64,000 nucleotides of DNA, from assembly GCA_964469335.1 (NCBI GenBank), contig CAYXYK010000003.1, positions 196,674-260,673 on the forward strand. The letters run 5' to 3'. The notes beneath the pieces were generated by a model. It saw only the letters and a program-made list of their open reading frames with translations, did not search any database and had not been told where the DNA came from. The position numbers and the translations under genes are program-made. This document shows positions 27,583 through 36,537 of the stretch, piece after piece. The DNA comes from an uncultured Candidatus Saccharibacteria bacterium (lineage in GTDB: Bacteria > Patescibacteriota > Minisyncoccia > Phycocordibacterales > UBA6899). Position 1 is the first letter of the stretch; each line of letters begins with the position of its first letter.

Positions 27583-27699
27583 CGTACAAAAAAATTTGGA
27601 TCAAAGGGACAGGGGATCGGGCTCACTGCGCGAAGTTATCTTGCGCTGCTTGCGGTTAATTTGATTCGGTTGAGCAATTTTTTGCTACAATGAACCGAT

Positions 27700-28113
27700 A
27701 TGAAAACCGAATACAATACCATTGCGGCGTACAACAAAGGCCAGATAGGGGAGGACAAGAAGATCTGTGCGACTTTGAAAAAAGAGATCGACGGAGTACT
27801 TCCTTCGGCGACGAGCAAGATTTGGCACGGCGCACCAGTGTGGTTCCTAAATGAGAATCCGGTCGTCGGCTACAGTAAGCGCAAAGCAGGTGTCACGGTA
27901 CTATTCTGGAGCGGACAGTCGTTCACCGAGAAAGGCCTCTCAAAAGAAGGAAGCTTCAAGGCCGCGCAAGTGGTCTATGTGCAGGCAGCGGACATTCGGG
28001 TCACACAACTGCGGAAGTGGCTACGTGAAGCAAAGAGAGTGCAGTGGGACTATAAGAATATCGTAAAGCACAAAGGCAAACTCGTGCGGTTAGGCGGTCG
28101 TGAGAAGAACTAA
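27700..28113 (+). CDS. DUF1801 (YdhG-like) domain protein
   Basis: 137 aa; family call from memory of the DUF1801 profile. Confidence 0.35.
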   Translation: MKTEYNTIAAYNKGQIGEDKKICATLKKEIDGVLPSATSKIWHGAPVWFLNENPVVGYSKRKAGVTVLFWSGQSFTEKGLSKEGSFKAAQVVYVQAADIRVTQLRKWLREAKRVQWDYKNIVKHKGKLVRLGGREKN

Positions 28114-28238
28114 CCATACTGATCGGTTAGCACACCACAGTACGGGCGGCTCAGTCTCTGCTGAACAGGCGCGAGGCGAATATACAGAAAAATCCCCCCG
28201 TATTGCGCGGGGGGCCGGGTCAGAGACCCTTTGGTTCA

Positions 28239-28430
28239 TTAGTCCTTCTTGATGTCGGCATCGATGATGATGCCGGTGAGGGACTTGTGTTCGGACACAG
28301 CCACGTCGTGAGCCTTTGCCTGCTCGAGGGCCTCTTGGGCGTGCTGGGGGGTGTCCCCGGTGCCCTTGTGGCCGTTGTGGTCGTCAGCGATGTTTCCGTG
28401 GATGGAACTCCACGTATTAGTAGTCGCCAT
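28239..28430 (-). CDS. Small hydrophilic stress-protein-like protein, hypothetical
   Basis: Start MATTNTW with AAAGG RBS; followed by the cccccc-g-tattg-cgcgggggg terminator at 28195-28225. Confidence 0.4.
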   Translation of the reverse strand: MATTNTWSSIHGNIADDHNGHKGTGDTPQHAQEALEQAKAHDVAVSEHKSLTGIIIDADIKKD

Positions 28431-28609
28431 GATCTTACCTTTCAAACCTCGTTAGGTGGGGAGCCTGAAACGAGTAACGAGGGAAACCTTGCTTCAGGAG
28501 TCTGACAAAGCATGCGCATCTGTGGCGTTGCTCGTCTCCTGTTTTTGTATTTTCCCCACCTGAGTTAACCCTATCAATTCAAAAAAGGGTGTCAAATGTG
28601 CCAGCCATA

Positions 28610-28650
28610 ATGGAAGCGCCGCACCTTGTGGGGTGCGGCGGCGGGGGGTA
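28610..28650 (-). terminator. Conserved terminator hairpin, copy 5 (weaker U-run)
   Basis: agcgccgcaccttgtggggtgcggcggcgggggg. Confidence 0.45.
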
Positions 28651-28652
28651 GA

Positions 28653-28973
28653 TCAGTCGACGAAGGAGAGCACGCCGGAGCGACGGTGGGTGCTGAAGTA
28701 GATCTTCAGCATGTACGAACGCTTGTACGGACCCTTCACGTTCAGGGCATGTCCGGTGATGTTCCACGACTCGCGCGATCCGTCCTCGGCTTGCACGGAC
28801 AACACGTTGGCCTCGATCACGAACCGGTCAGGGGTGAGAATGGTGAACTGCACCTTTCGCGCAGAGCCGTCGTCGGCCTTCTTGAACAGGGCATCCTGCA
28901 AAGCCTCTTTCGAGGGGCCGGCGACGATCTGGTAATCCTTTCCGTTCGAGAAGATCAGAGGAGTGGAATTCAT
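28653..28973 (-). CDS. Hypothetical protein
   Basis: Start MNSTPLIF at 28973 with AAGGA RBS. Confidence 0.45.
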   Translation of the reverse strand: MNSTPLIFSNGKDYQIVAGPSKEALQDALFKKADDGSARKVQFTILTPDRFVIEANVLSVQAEDGSRESWNITGHALNVKGPYKRSYMLKIYFSTHRRSGVLSFVD

Positions 28974-29371
28974 ACGAATTTCCTTCAAAGAATATTTCCC
29001 TTGATGAGGCGGGAAACGTGCCTCGTTATCGGTTGCCCGACCACCTGTTCATACGAACAGGAATTAGTACTATATGTATTATACATATTTTACATAGTAT
29101 GTCAAATTGTCTCTACGAGAGGCTAATGCTAAAGTTTCCGCATACGACCATGAACCGCCTGATAGTACGAACGGCGCGGAATGATCGGAACGAGTGGTGC
29201 TCATGAACTCCGGCGCCACAGGAGAAGAGGGGTTCTTCCTCAGCCGGTGCGCGTCCCTGACGCGCACCTTTTCATTAGGGGTTTGTGCGATCCCGGTTTG
29301 GACCCGCAACTCCATGCCTCAAAGCATATATAAAACTCTTGCACACAACCCGATCCATGAAGCACTCGGAT

Positions 29372-29412
29372 AGAAATAAATCGCGCCGCACCTTGTGGGG
29401 TGCGGCGGGGCT
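29372..29412 (-). terminator. Conserved terminator hairpin, copy 6
   Basis: aaataaatcgcgccgcaccttgtggggtgcggcggggc. Confidence 0.55.
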
Positions 29413-29419
29413 TTGTTGA

Positions 29420-29788
29420 TCACCAGGGCAATTCTCCAAGCTTGTATTCAATGCATTCGCGAATTGTCCTCGCGCGAAATTGCTCGGGGTCACCTGGTTC
29501 ATCGAATACGCGGATGACGGCTCGGCGCAGGAACTGCTCATCGGACGGGGATTGCGCGAACCATCGCAGTGAGCGAGGAAGTGATCGTATCGAGCGCATA
29601 TCTCCATCGAGACGCTCAAGTGCGAACGAGCGCTTCATTCCGTTTCTTCTGCCGAGCGCAGTGTTCCTGATGAAATCTCCGCTTTCAGTGCAATCCCTCT
29701 GCACTTCCTTGTCGATATCTTGAGCAAGGCCTTGGGCTGAGGTGGTCTCGCAAACCATGAAGAAGAACAGCACCAGCATGATTCTCAT
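29420..29788 (-). CDS. Secreted hypothetical protein (N-terminal signal peptide)
   Basis: MRIMLVLFFFMVCETTSAQG signal-like N-terminus. Confidence 0.45.
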   Translation of the reverse strand: MRIMLVLFFFMVCETTSAQGLAQDIDKEVQRDCTESGDFIRNTALGRRNGMKRSFALERLDGDMRSIRSLPRSLRWFAQSPSDEQFLRRAVIRVFDEPGDPEQFRARTIRECIEYKLGELPW

Positions 29789-29867
29789 GATGTCTCCTTG
29801 TTGTGTTGTGCTTACTTCAGTATGGATGAGTACGGAGTGAAGTCAACGCTCTTGTACACCCACAGGC

Positions 29868-30290
29868 TTACCTCGGGTCGAACTCCACCGTCCATTCGAT
29901 TCCGTACTTGTCGCGGAACATCGCGAAATACGTACCCCATGGGCTGTCACTGATTGGCATCTCGACTTCACCACCCGCCGAAAGTCCGTTGAATATCTTG
30001 TCGGCTTCTTCGCGACTGTCCGTGCTCACGGTGATCTTCGATCTGTTCTCACGCTCGTTCACTTTCCCCATGCTTTCCGGGACATCATTCGCGATCAAGA
30101 GGTTGCTGCCGATCGGGAGTGCGATACGCATCAGTTTATTCGCTTCGTGCTCGGGGATAGGGAATTCCGGACTCGACATCTCTTTGAAGCGGATGACATT
30201 CGTGAACTCACCACCGAAAACCGATCGATAGAATTCGAACGCTTCCTCGGCGTTTCCGTTGAAATTGATATACGGATTGATCGTTGCCAT
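29868..30290 (-). CDS. VOC-family (glyoxalase/PhnB-like) protein
   Basis: INFNGNAEEAFEFYRSVFGG ... PWGTYFAMFRDKYGIEWTV, typical PhnB/3-demethylubiquinone-9 methyltransferase-like VOC fold. Confidence 0.6.
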   Translation of the reverse strand: MATINPYINFNGNAEEAFEFYRSVFGGEFTNVIRFKEMSSPEFPIPEHEANKLMRIALPIGSNLLIANDVPESMGKVNERENRSKITVSTDSREEADKIFNGLSAGGEVEMPISDSPWGTYFAMFRDKYGIEWTVEFDPR

Positions 30291-30365
30291 GATTTTATGC
30301 TTAGCTTATTCCATTCAATATACGCGAGTAGGAGATCGGTCACAACTCAGATCGTCCAAAGTGGA

Positions 30366-30400
30366 TCAAAAAACGCGCCGCACTTGTGGTGCGGCGGGGT
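30366..30400 (-). terminator. Conserved terminator hairpin, copy 7
   Basis: aaaaaacgcgccgcacttgtggtgcggcggggtc. Confidence 0.55.
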
Positions 30401-30419
30401 CGGGAAAGGGATCGGCGCC

Positions 30420-30662
30420 TCAGCCCTTCTTTCCGGGCGGTTTTCTGTCGTCCTTCTTGGGGTCCTTGTTCGGGACGAGCGCGGCCTCGAACACCTTGTT
30501 GTGCCTGATCTGCTCGGCGAGGACTTCGCGCATGACCGCAATGGACTCGCGCTGGTTGGCAGCGATGGCCTGCAGCGACGCGGGGCCTGCCTCGGTGCCC
30601 TTCGTGCTGGCGCAGCCCGCGGAAAGCGTGACGAGGATGAGTCCGATCAAACGTGTCGACAT
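30420..30662 (-). CDS. Small lipoprotein, hypothetical
   Basis: LILVTLSAGCAST lipobox. Confidence 0.45.
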   Translation of the reverse strand: MSTRLIGLILVTLSAGCASTKGTEAGPASLQAIAANQRESIAVMREVLAEQIRHNKVFEAALVPNKDPKKDDRKPPGKKG

Positions 30663-30765
30663 GCTCACAATGTGCTCCTTGGTCGCAATGAAAGTATTGC
30701 ATCTTCAAGACTATGCGTATTTCTTGCGATGTCAAACCCGAATCGAAGCATGTTCTCGGATGCCA

Positions 30766-30805
30766 CAAAAAACGCGCCGCACCTTGTGGGGTGCGGCGGG
30801 GGAGG
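30766..30805 (-). terminator. Conserved terminator hairpin, copy 8
   Basis: aaaaaacgcgccgcaccttgtggggtgcggcgggggagg. Confidence 0.55.
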
Positions 30806-30808
30806 TGG

Positions 30809-31414
30809 TCAGGCAGAACGTTGCGAAGGTGGGACTTTTCCGACGGCGGCGTAGCAGGTTGCTTCGAGCGTCATGTGGCGGACACAGCCGTCGAGTTCGA
30901 TGCTGTAATGGCGGGGAAGCCCCATCCGCTCAGCTTCGTCAGGCCAGCCGATGAAAACGTCGTTGGGATCGAGCTTGCCGGAGTCGATCATGCCGCTTAT
31001 GCGGCCCCATTCGAAGTTGGTGTTGAGTCCGAGCAGCTCACCGGCATTGCGCGGGACCCATATGAGTTTCTTCGCTCTGCCGAACAGTCGCGAGGATTCC
31101 CAGCGGTGGATGTATCCGCGCTCGGTGAAGTCAGTGGCAATCTCCGTTCCGCGCGGCTCCGGCACATAGATGTAGCCAGTGAATTCTGCGGCACGCACGA
31201 GTGAGACCGCCTCACAGCGCCAGTTGAGTTCGAGGGTCTGCCTGCGGGGAGTTGGCCCAACGAGGAAGATCGACCCGAGACGCAGCTGGTCCTCGATCGA
31301 TGGCATCTCGCTGTCGTTGTAGCACTGCACGAAGGGGTCACGCCACATCGCTTCGAGCAGCATGAGTTTGTGCCTGCGTTCGTTCAGGTAGTCGTCGACA
31401 CGCTGATTCATCAC
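30809..31414 (-). CDS. Hypothetical protein (201 aa)
   Basis: ORF with the conserved terminator; no family recognised. Confidence 0.5.
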   Translation of the reverse strand: MMNQRVDDYLNERRHKLMLLEAMWRDPFVQCYNDSEMPSIEDQLRLGSIFLVGPTPRRQTLELNWRCEAVSLVRAAEFTGYIYVPEPRGTEIATDFTERGYIHRWESSRLFGRAKKLIWVPRNAGELLGLNTNFEWGRISGMIDSGKLDPNDVFIGWPDEAERMGLPRHYSIELDGCVRHMTLEATCYAAVGKVPPSQRSA

Positions 31415-31513
31415 GCTCTCCTTGAGTAATGGTCGAGTGAAAGGGCTATTTGCCTCAAAACTACCTCACTCTTCGGTAAAGTCAAACCGAGAAATATCTG
31501 CTAGCATAACATC

Positions 31514-31765
31514 ATGACCGCGAAACAGATCTCACACGGTGTCGTACATAAGGTGCCTCCTGATCTCAAGAAGCAGCTCGTTTCTGCCCCGAGGTCGCTT
31601 GCAGCGTGGGAGGACATCACACCGCTCGCACGCAACGAGTTCATCTGTTGGATCGAGGATGCAAAGAAACCCGAGACGCGCGCGCACCGTATCGTGCGTA
31701 CTTACACCGAGATCGCCGAAGGGAAGCGTCGTCCGTGCTGCTGGGCTGGCTGCCCGCATCGCTGA
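31514..31765 (+). CDS. YdeI/OmpD-associated family protein
   Basis: ITPLARNEFICWIEDAKKPETRAHRI ... CCWAGCPHR. Confidence 0.55.
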   Translation: MTAKQISHGVVHKVPPDLKKQLVSAPRSLAAWEDITPLARNEFICWIEDAKKPETRAHRIVRTYTEIAEGKRRPCCWAGCPHR

Positions 31766-31838
31766 TAGCTTTGAAGTAAAAAATACTGCCCCCTAAGAGG
31801 TGTAGTATTTTCGTTGATAGCCAGGCAAAGTGATTGGG

Positions 31839-33545
31839 TCAGAATTCGTCGTCTGCCTTGTACAGCGACTCGATGGTGCTGCCGTCCTGCTCTTCTTTAT
31901 TCAAAGCAGGATTGCCGTCATAACGAATGGTCGAACCATTCTTTGCGACCGCATTGAGAGAAGTACTTTTCCCGATTTCCGCATACGAACCATTGCGCAG
32001 AGTTATGGTGGCGTTGCCAATCAGGAGATTGCCTGCACGGATATTGCCGATGTTTTCTCCGATCAATACACCTGACGTACTCGTTCCTGAGATGTCGAGC
32101 CATGAGCCGTTCTCGACTTTGACACTGAGCATCTTTGTTGCGACAGAGAACATGCCGTGTGCACCGTTCTTCAGTGTGATTGAAAGAGTTGTGCTCGATG
32201 TCAGCTCAGGTGCTTCTGCACTTGCACCGTCAATGAGGCGGATATCGCTTGGGTGTGATCCTTTGAGGATAACAGTAGGAGATGAGTGGTCGCAGAAAAT
32301 GCACATTGTGCCATGAGTGTCATTTGGCTCAATGACGAGTAGTCCGTCCTCTGACTTCACCGAAACAGTATCAAGGTTTTTCGGATGACCTCTGACAATG
32401 ATCGAAGTTGTGGTTCCTTCTTCGAATACAATTCGTGCACCACTACGCGCTTCGATTGCTGTGAAGGGAGGCGTTTCGATCGAGCGGGTCACATTCTTGT
32501 ATTCTGGGGCAGTTTCAATATAAGAGGCAATTTTCGTACCGTAACTGGCACCCATGATACCCGAAGCAAGTAGAGCCGCGAACCACAGCACAAGCAGACT
32601 CAATAGCACATTGCCTCCCATGTTCATTCGCCGTGAAAGCAGCCTTGTTCCGATCAATAGTATAAACAGAAGTGGTATGAGTAGTGCCGCAAACAATGAG
32701 AATATGAATACGATGAATGCACCGCTTGGAATAAGTGCGTAGACAGGGAAGTCAGTGAAGTTCTCGGGGAAATTGAGCAGTATGTATCCGAGCAGTATGG
32801 AGATGCCGAGGATTGCTACCGCCGAGCCGAACGAGAGAAAGAAACCGATGATGCCACCGATGACGGGCACGATCCTTCTCCCAACGAAACGAACGACCGA
32901 ACGGATGATTTCAAAAGGAAACCGGATCGCGCGACGCAATATCCCGTCCTTATCACTGCGTACTTCTTCCACTCTATCCTTGATACGCTCAGAAATGGTC
33001 TCGAGAGTCACCGGTGTTCCGGTCATCTCGAGATGCTCAGAAGCACTCTTCGCTTCCGGCATAGCGAGCCACAAGATGATGTAGAGTAGAAATCCTATTC
33101 CATTGGTAAAAGCAAGGATGGCGAAGATGATGCGGATCCATACCACGTCCATGTTGAGATAGGCGGCGATTCCTGAGGCAACGCCAGCGACTACTTTGTC
33201 GTCAGGGTTGCGGAATAGTCGTTTTTCGGCTTTTTCTCCCGACTTTGCCTCTCCTTCCTTCGTGGCCTTTGTCTTTTCTTCTTGTGCCCCGGATTGTTCA
33301 AAGTCACTGATACTTCCCATTGATGCGATCATGTTCCCGACTTCTACGCTCGAGATGATAGATTTACCGCATTCGATGAACTGTTCAGCGATCCGTGACT
33401 CAATGTCAGATACGATCTCATCGCATTCTGCCTCTTTGCTGAAGTGCGTCTTGATACCCTTAAGATACCCTTCAAGGGTTTGAAACGCGTCCTCTTCGAT
33501 CCAAAAGAGAGTGCCGGCGATCGAGATTGAGAATGTCTTTTTCAT
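31839..33545 (-). CDS. PspC-domain membrane protein with large C-terminal beta-rich extracellular region
   Basis: PspC motif LFRNPDDKVVAGVASGIAAYLNMDVVWIRIIFAIL. Start MKKTFSIS at 33545 so as not to overlap the PadR gene. Confidence 0.7.
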   Translation of the reverse strand: MKKTFSISIAGTLFWIEEDAFQTLEGYLKGIKTHFSKEAECDEIVSDIESRIAEQFIECGKSIISSVEVGNMIASMGSISDFEQSGAQEEKTKATKEGEAKSGEKAEKRLFRNPDDKVVAGVASGIAAYLNMDVVWIRIIFAILAFTNGIGFLLYIILWLAMPEAKSASEHLEMTGTPVTLETISERIKDRVEEVRSDKDGILRRAIRFPFEIIRSVVRFVGRRIVPVIGGIIGFFLSFGSAVAILGISILLGYILLNFPENFTDFPVYALIPSGAFIVFIFSLFAALLIPLLFILLIGTRLLSRRMNMGGNVLLSLLVLWFAALLASGIMGASYGTKIASYIETAPEYKNVTRSIETPPFTAIEARSGARIVFEEGTTTSIIVRGHPKNLDTVSVKSEDGLLVIEPNDTHGTMCIFCDHSSPTVILKGSHPSDIRLIDGASAEAPELTSSTTLSITLKNGAHGMFSVATKMLSVKVENGSWLDISGTSTSGVLIGENIGNIRAGNLLIGNATITLRNGSYAEIGKSTSLNAVAKNGSTIRYDGNPALNKEEQDGSTIESLYKADDEF

Positions 33546-33567
33546 GTTGGTGATTTTTATAATGTAG

Positions 33568-33909
33568 TTATTTGAGCAATGATTCGACCGACGCGACGAG
33601 TGATTTCCAAGTGTGTTTGAGCTGAGTGAGGCTTGCCTTTCCTTGCGAGGTGAGCGAGTAATATTTTCGGGGTGGACCTGACTTCGACTCTTCCCATGAG
33701 TAGTCAAGCAATCCTTCACTACGGAGACGATTGAGGAGGGGATAGAGTGTTCCTTCGACCACCAAGAGATCGGCCGACTTCAGTTCTTTGAGAATATCTG
33801 AGGCGTAGACCTTGCCGCGGGAGATGATGAGGAGCACGACGAACTCGATCATTCCGCGACGAAGCTCTGACTTCGCGGATTCGATATCGGTTTTATTATT
33901 TACGGGCAT
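33568..33909 (-). CDS. PadR-family transcriptional regulator
   Basis: GMIEFVVLLIIS ... LYPLLNRLRSEGLL ... PRKYYSLT. Confidence 0.7.
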   Translation of the reverse strand: MPVNNKTDIESAKSELRRGMIEFVVLLIISRGKVYASDILKELKSADLLVVEGTLYPLLNRLRSEGLLDYSWEESKSGPPRKYYSLTSQGKASLTQLKHTWKSLVASVESLLK

Positions 33910-34021
33910 GGGAAGAGTGTATCACATGGTACTATGTTTAACAAGGTACCTGAATAGTTCCTGTGGATTGAGTACACGAACACTGTCACAATGCACCCCG
34001 TATTGGCGTTATACTGTGCAT

Positions 34022-34552
34022 ATGACAAAAAACACTTTACTCTACGGACTCATCGCTGTGTTCGTACTCATCGGGGGATTCTTCTCCCTTAATTCCTATA
34101 TTCGCCACGAAGAGCTCACTCCGGGCAACCCTGCTGAAGCGGGAAATACTCCCGAAGCAACGCCCCCGTCGATCTCACAAAAAGTGGTCGCGACGAGTAC
34201 TCAGCCAAATCCGAATCCGCTGTTCGGCACATCGTGGTCTTGGGTCGAGACGATACTCTTGAGTGGCGAGCATGTGAGGGCGCCTGTCGGTGACAAGTTT
34301 GTGCTTACATTTGGAGAAGACGGACACGTTCATAGTTCGACAGACTGCAATCAGATGAACGGCAGCTACGTCATTGATGGAGAAGTACTCAGCTTCGGGC
34401 CGATGATGTCGACAAAGATGTTCTGCGAAGGCTCACAAGAAGGGAATTACAGTGAGGCACTCGCGCTTACGAATTCCTATGCATTCGAGGGAAACGAGCT
34501 CCACCTCAATCTCAACCGTGACTACGGCATGATGGTGTTCGTAAAGAAATAG
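34022..34552 (+). CDS. META/HslJ-like domain protein with N-terminal TM anchor
   Basis: FVLTFGEDGHVHSSTDCNQMNGSYVIDGEVLSFGPMMSTKMFC...NSYAFEGNELHL. Confidence 0.55.
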   Translation: MTKNTLLYGLIAVFVLIGGFFSLNSYIRHEELTPGNPAEAGNTPEATPPSISQKVVATSTQPNPNPLFGTSWSWVETILLSGEHVRAPVGDKFVLTFGEDGHVHSSTDCNQMNGSYVIDGEVLSFGPMMSTKMFCEGSQEGNYSEALALTNSYAFEGNELHLNLNRDYGMMVFVKK

Positions 34553-34555
34553 AAA

Positions 34556-34582
34556 AGCGCCGCACCTTGGGTGCGGACGCTC
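34556..34582 (-). terminator. Conserved terminator hairpin, copy 9 (degenerate)
   Basis: gaaaagcgccgcaccttgggtgcggacgc. Confidence 0.4.
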
Positions 34583-34988
34583 TGTCAGTCTGCGAAAAAG
34601 ATCCACCAGAGGATCACGAGGATATTCCAGTACTCCTCGAGTAATTGGCGGAAGTAACTCCCGAGTGCGATGATCATCGCGCTTCTTTCTGCGCCATCAT
34701 CTGGTCGAAGAACTCGAGTGAGTGTGCAGCAGCTGCGGCCGCCATCGTCACGGCCCGCATCCGCGTTACCTCTCGACTGCCACGCGGTGAATGCTTCCTC
34801 CTCATCATCGTGTTGAACCACGCGAGCTGACCCCTTACTGCCTGGCGTGCTTCATGAACGACAGGGAAATCCGTTGCCTTCATGGATGCTCCTTTCGCTA
34901 CGTTACGTCTATTTTCACAATACGTGAATTCGATGATTTGGGAAGGACTAACGATATCCACCGCACTCAGGGAGTGCGGTGGATATCG

Positions 34989-35477
34989 TTACTTCACTTT
35001 GATCTCGATCTTCTTACGGGTCTCTTCCTTTGCTTTCGGAAGTGTCACTGTAAGGACACCGTCCTTGGCAGTTGCTTCTATCTTCGACTCATCCACCTTT
35101 GTGGGGAGCGAGAACCTCCGCATGAAGCTGCCTGACTCACGTTCATAATGATAGAAGTGCTTCTCCTTGTCCTCCTCTTTATGTTCCTTCTTCACTTCGC
35201 CCGAGATAGAGAGGACTCCATCCGCGACTTCGATAGAGATGTCTTCGGGTTTGAGACCCGGAACATTCGCGGTGACAACGATCGCTTGATCATTGTCAGC
35301 GATGTCGACTTTTGGAAATCCATTCATCGCAGTCCCTAACCGCGTGAATGCTGCACGGTCGAACGGGGACCAGAATGATTCATCGAATAATTGGTTCATC
35401 GCATCGCGAAGCGTAAGGAACCCGCGATCCGATTGAAAGGGGACGAGCCCTTTGTCTGTGTCTTTCATACATTGCAC
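34989..35477 (-). CDS. Hsp20/alpha-crystallin family small heat-shock protein
   Basis: ANVPGLKPEDISIEVADGVLSISGE ... FSLPTKVDESKIEATAKDGVLTVTLPK. Confidence 0.85.
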   Translation of the reverse strand: MQCMKDTDKGLVPFQSDRGFLTLRDAMNQLFDESFWSPFDRAAFTRLGTAMNGFPKVDIADNDQAIVVTANVPGLKPEDISIEVADGVLSISGEVKKEHKEEDKEKHFYHYERESGSFMRRFSLPTKVDESKIEATAKDGVLTVTLPKAKEETRKKIEIKVK

Positions 35478-35574
35478 GTAATTATTGTCTGCTAATGATT
35501 CGACAATGCTATATTACAATACGCCATTTTTATATGTCAACATATGAAAATCCTTTGATCACAAAGGATTTTTT

Positions 35575-35610
35575 GCAAAATAATTGCCGCACCTTGTGGG
35601 GTGCGGCGAG
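35575..35610 (-). terminator. Conserved terminator hairpin, copy 10
   Basis: aataattgccgcaccttgtggggtgcggcgagag. Confidence 0.5.
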
Positions 35611-35613
35611 AGT

Positions 35614-35714
35614 TCAGAACGGGATGTACGAGGCTGCGACGATGAAGCTGACGATCGCCAACTTCTTGCAGTTGAAGTACAGCAGGATCGACCCGATGAC
35701 GATGAATGCGAGCA
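35614..35714 (-). CDS. Small hydrophobic peptide (~33 aa, MLAFIVIGSILLYFNCKKLAIVSFIVAASYIPF), not in the ORF track
   Basis: AGGAGGG then 4 nt then ATG; single TM-like peptide; stop immediately followed by conserved terminator copy 10. Confidence 0.4.
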
Positions 35715-35724
35715 TGATGCCCTC

Positions 35725-35994
35725 CTAGCTGCGCTTGCAGCGCTTGTTCTCGACGTTGACGACACGCTCGCTTTGGCTGCCGAGCTTCCAGCCGCGCTTT
35801 TCGGCGGCGGATTTGACCTTGGCGAGCGCGGCCGGCTCGATGCCTTCCTCGAACACGATCGGTGCGTAGCACTTGTCGATCTTGGTCGCGAAGTCGATCT
35901 GCGCGTTGACGCGAGTGGCGATGCTCCTGTCGGCGGCATTCGTGCCAGTGGTGACGAGCAGGGCGAGTGAGAAGATGGCGATGAACTTGTTCAC
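35725..35994 (-). CDS. Small secreted protein, hypothetical
   Basis: MNKFIAIFSLALLVTTGTNAA signal peptide. Confidence 0.4.
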   Translation of the reverse strand: MNKFIAIFSLALLVTTGTNAADRSIATRVNAQIDFATKIDKCYAPIVFEEGIEPAALAKVKSAAEKRGWKLGSQSERVVNVENKRCKRS

Positions 35995-36111
35995 GGGAAA
36001 CCTTTCGTGGATTGTGGGTGATGACCGATTAGACTACCATAATTATACATATAATCCATTAAAAGTCAAGTCATGCATCTGCTATAATATGGCTATAGAT
36101 AACAACAATAT

Positions 36112-36537
36112 ATGTCATCACCATCAATCACCGTTTCAGCGATCGTGAACGCGCCCATAGAAAAAGTCTGGGAATGCTGGACCAAACCGGAACATATCAA
36201 AGGTTGGTGTTTCGCGTCCCCGGACTGGGAAGTCGGAGAGGTCTCCAATGATGCGCGCACCGGCGGAACATTCAGTACGATCATGCGTGCAAAGGACGGA
36301 AGTGCTGGCTTTAATTTCAACGGTGTTTACGACGAGGTCATCGAGCTCAAAAAACTCGCATATACGATGGAAGGAGGTCGTGTCGTAAGTATCATTTTCG
36401 ATGCAGTCGAAAGCGGAGTGAAGGTTACCGAGACTTTCGAAATGGAGAACGAGAATTCGGAGGAGATGCAGCGAGCTGGCTGGCAATCCATTCTGCACAA
36501 TTTCAAGTCCTACACCGAGCACGCGTCGCATGTATGA
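36112..36537 (+). CDS. SRPBCC / AHSA1-like domain protein
   Basis: VNAPIEKVWECWTKPEHIKGW ... typical SRPBCC profile. Confidence 0.55.
   Translation: MSSPSITVSAIVNAPIEKVWECWTKPEHIKGWCFASPDWEVGEVSNDARTGGTFSTIMRAKDGSAGFNFNGVYDEVIELKKLAYTMEGGRVVSIIFDAVESGVKVTETFEMENENSEEMQRAGWQSILHNFKSYTEHASHV

Noticed and set aside
30147-30954. Long plus-strand ORFs 30147..30854 (235 aa) and 30259..30954 (231 aa)
   Set aside because: They read through two copies of the conserved terminator hairpin and overlap three well-supported minus-strand genes. GC-rich antisense artefacts.
19212-35610. Repeated GCGCCGCACCTTGTGGGGTGCGGCG hairpins considered as integron attC sites or a CRISPR array
   Set aside because: The stems are only about 9-10 bp with a 5-nt loop and are flanked by C- and U-runs typical of intrinsic terminators. 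They lack attC R/L core sites, are irregularly spaced (about 0.4 to 4.6 kb apart) and are not adjacent to any intI or cas gene. I treat them as terminators, not attC or CRISPR repeats.
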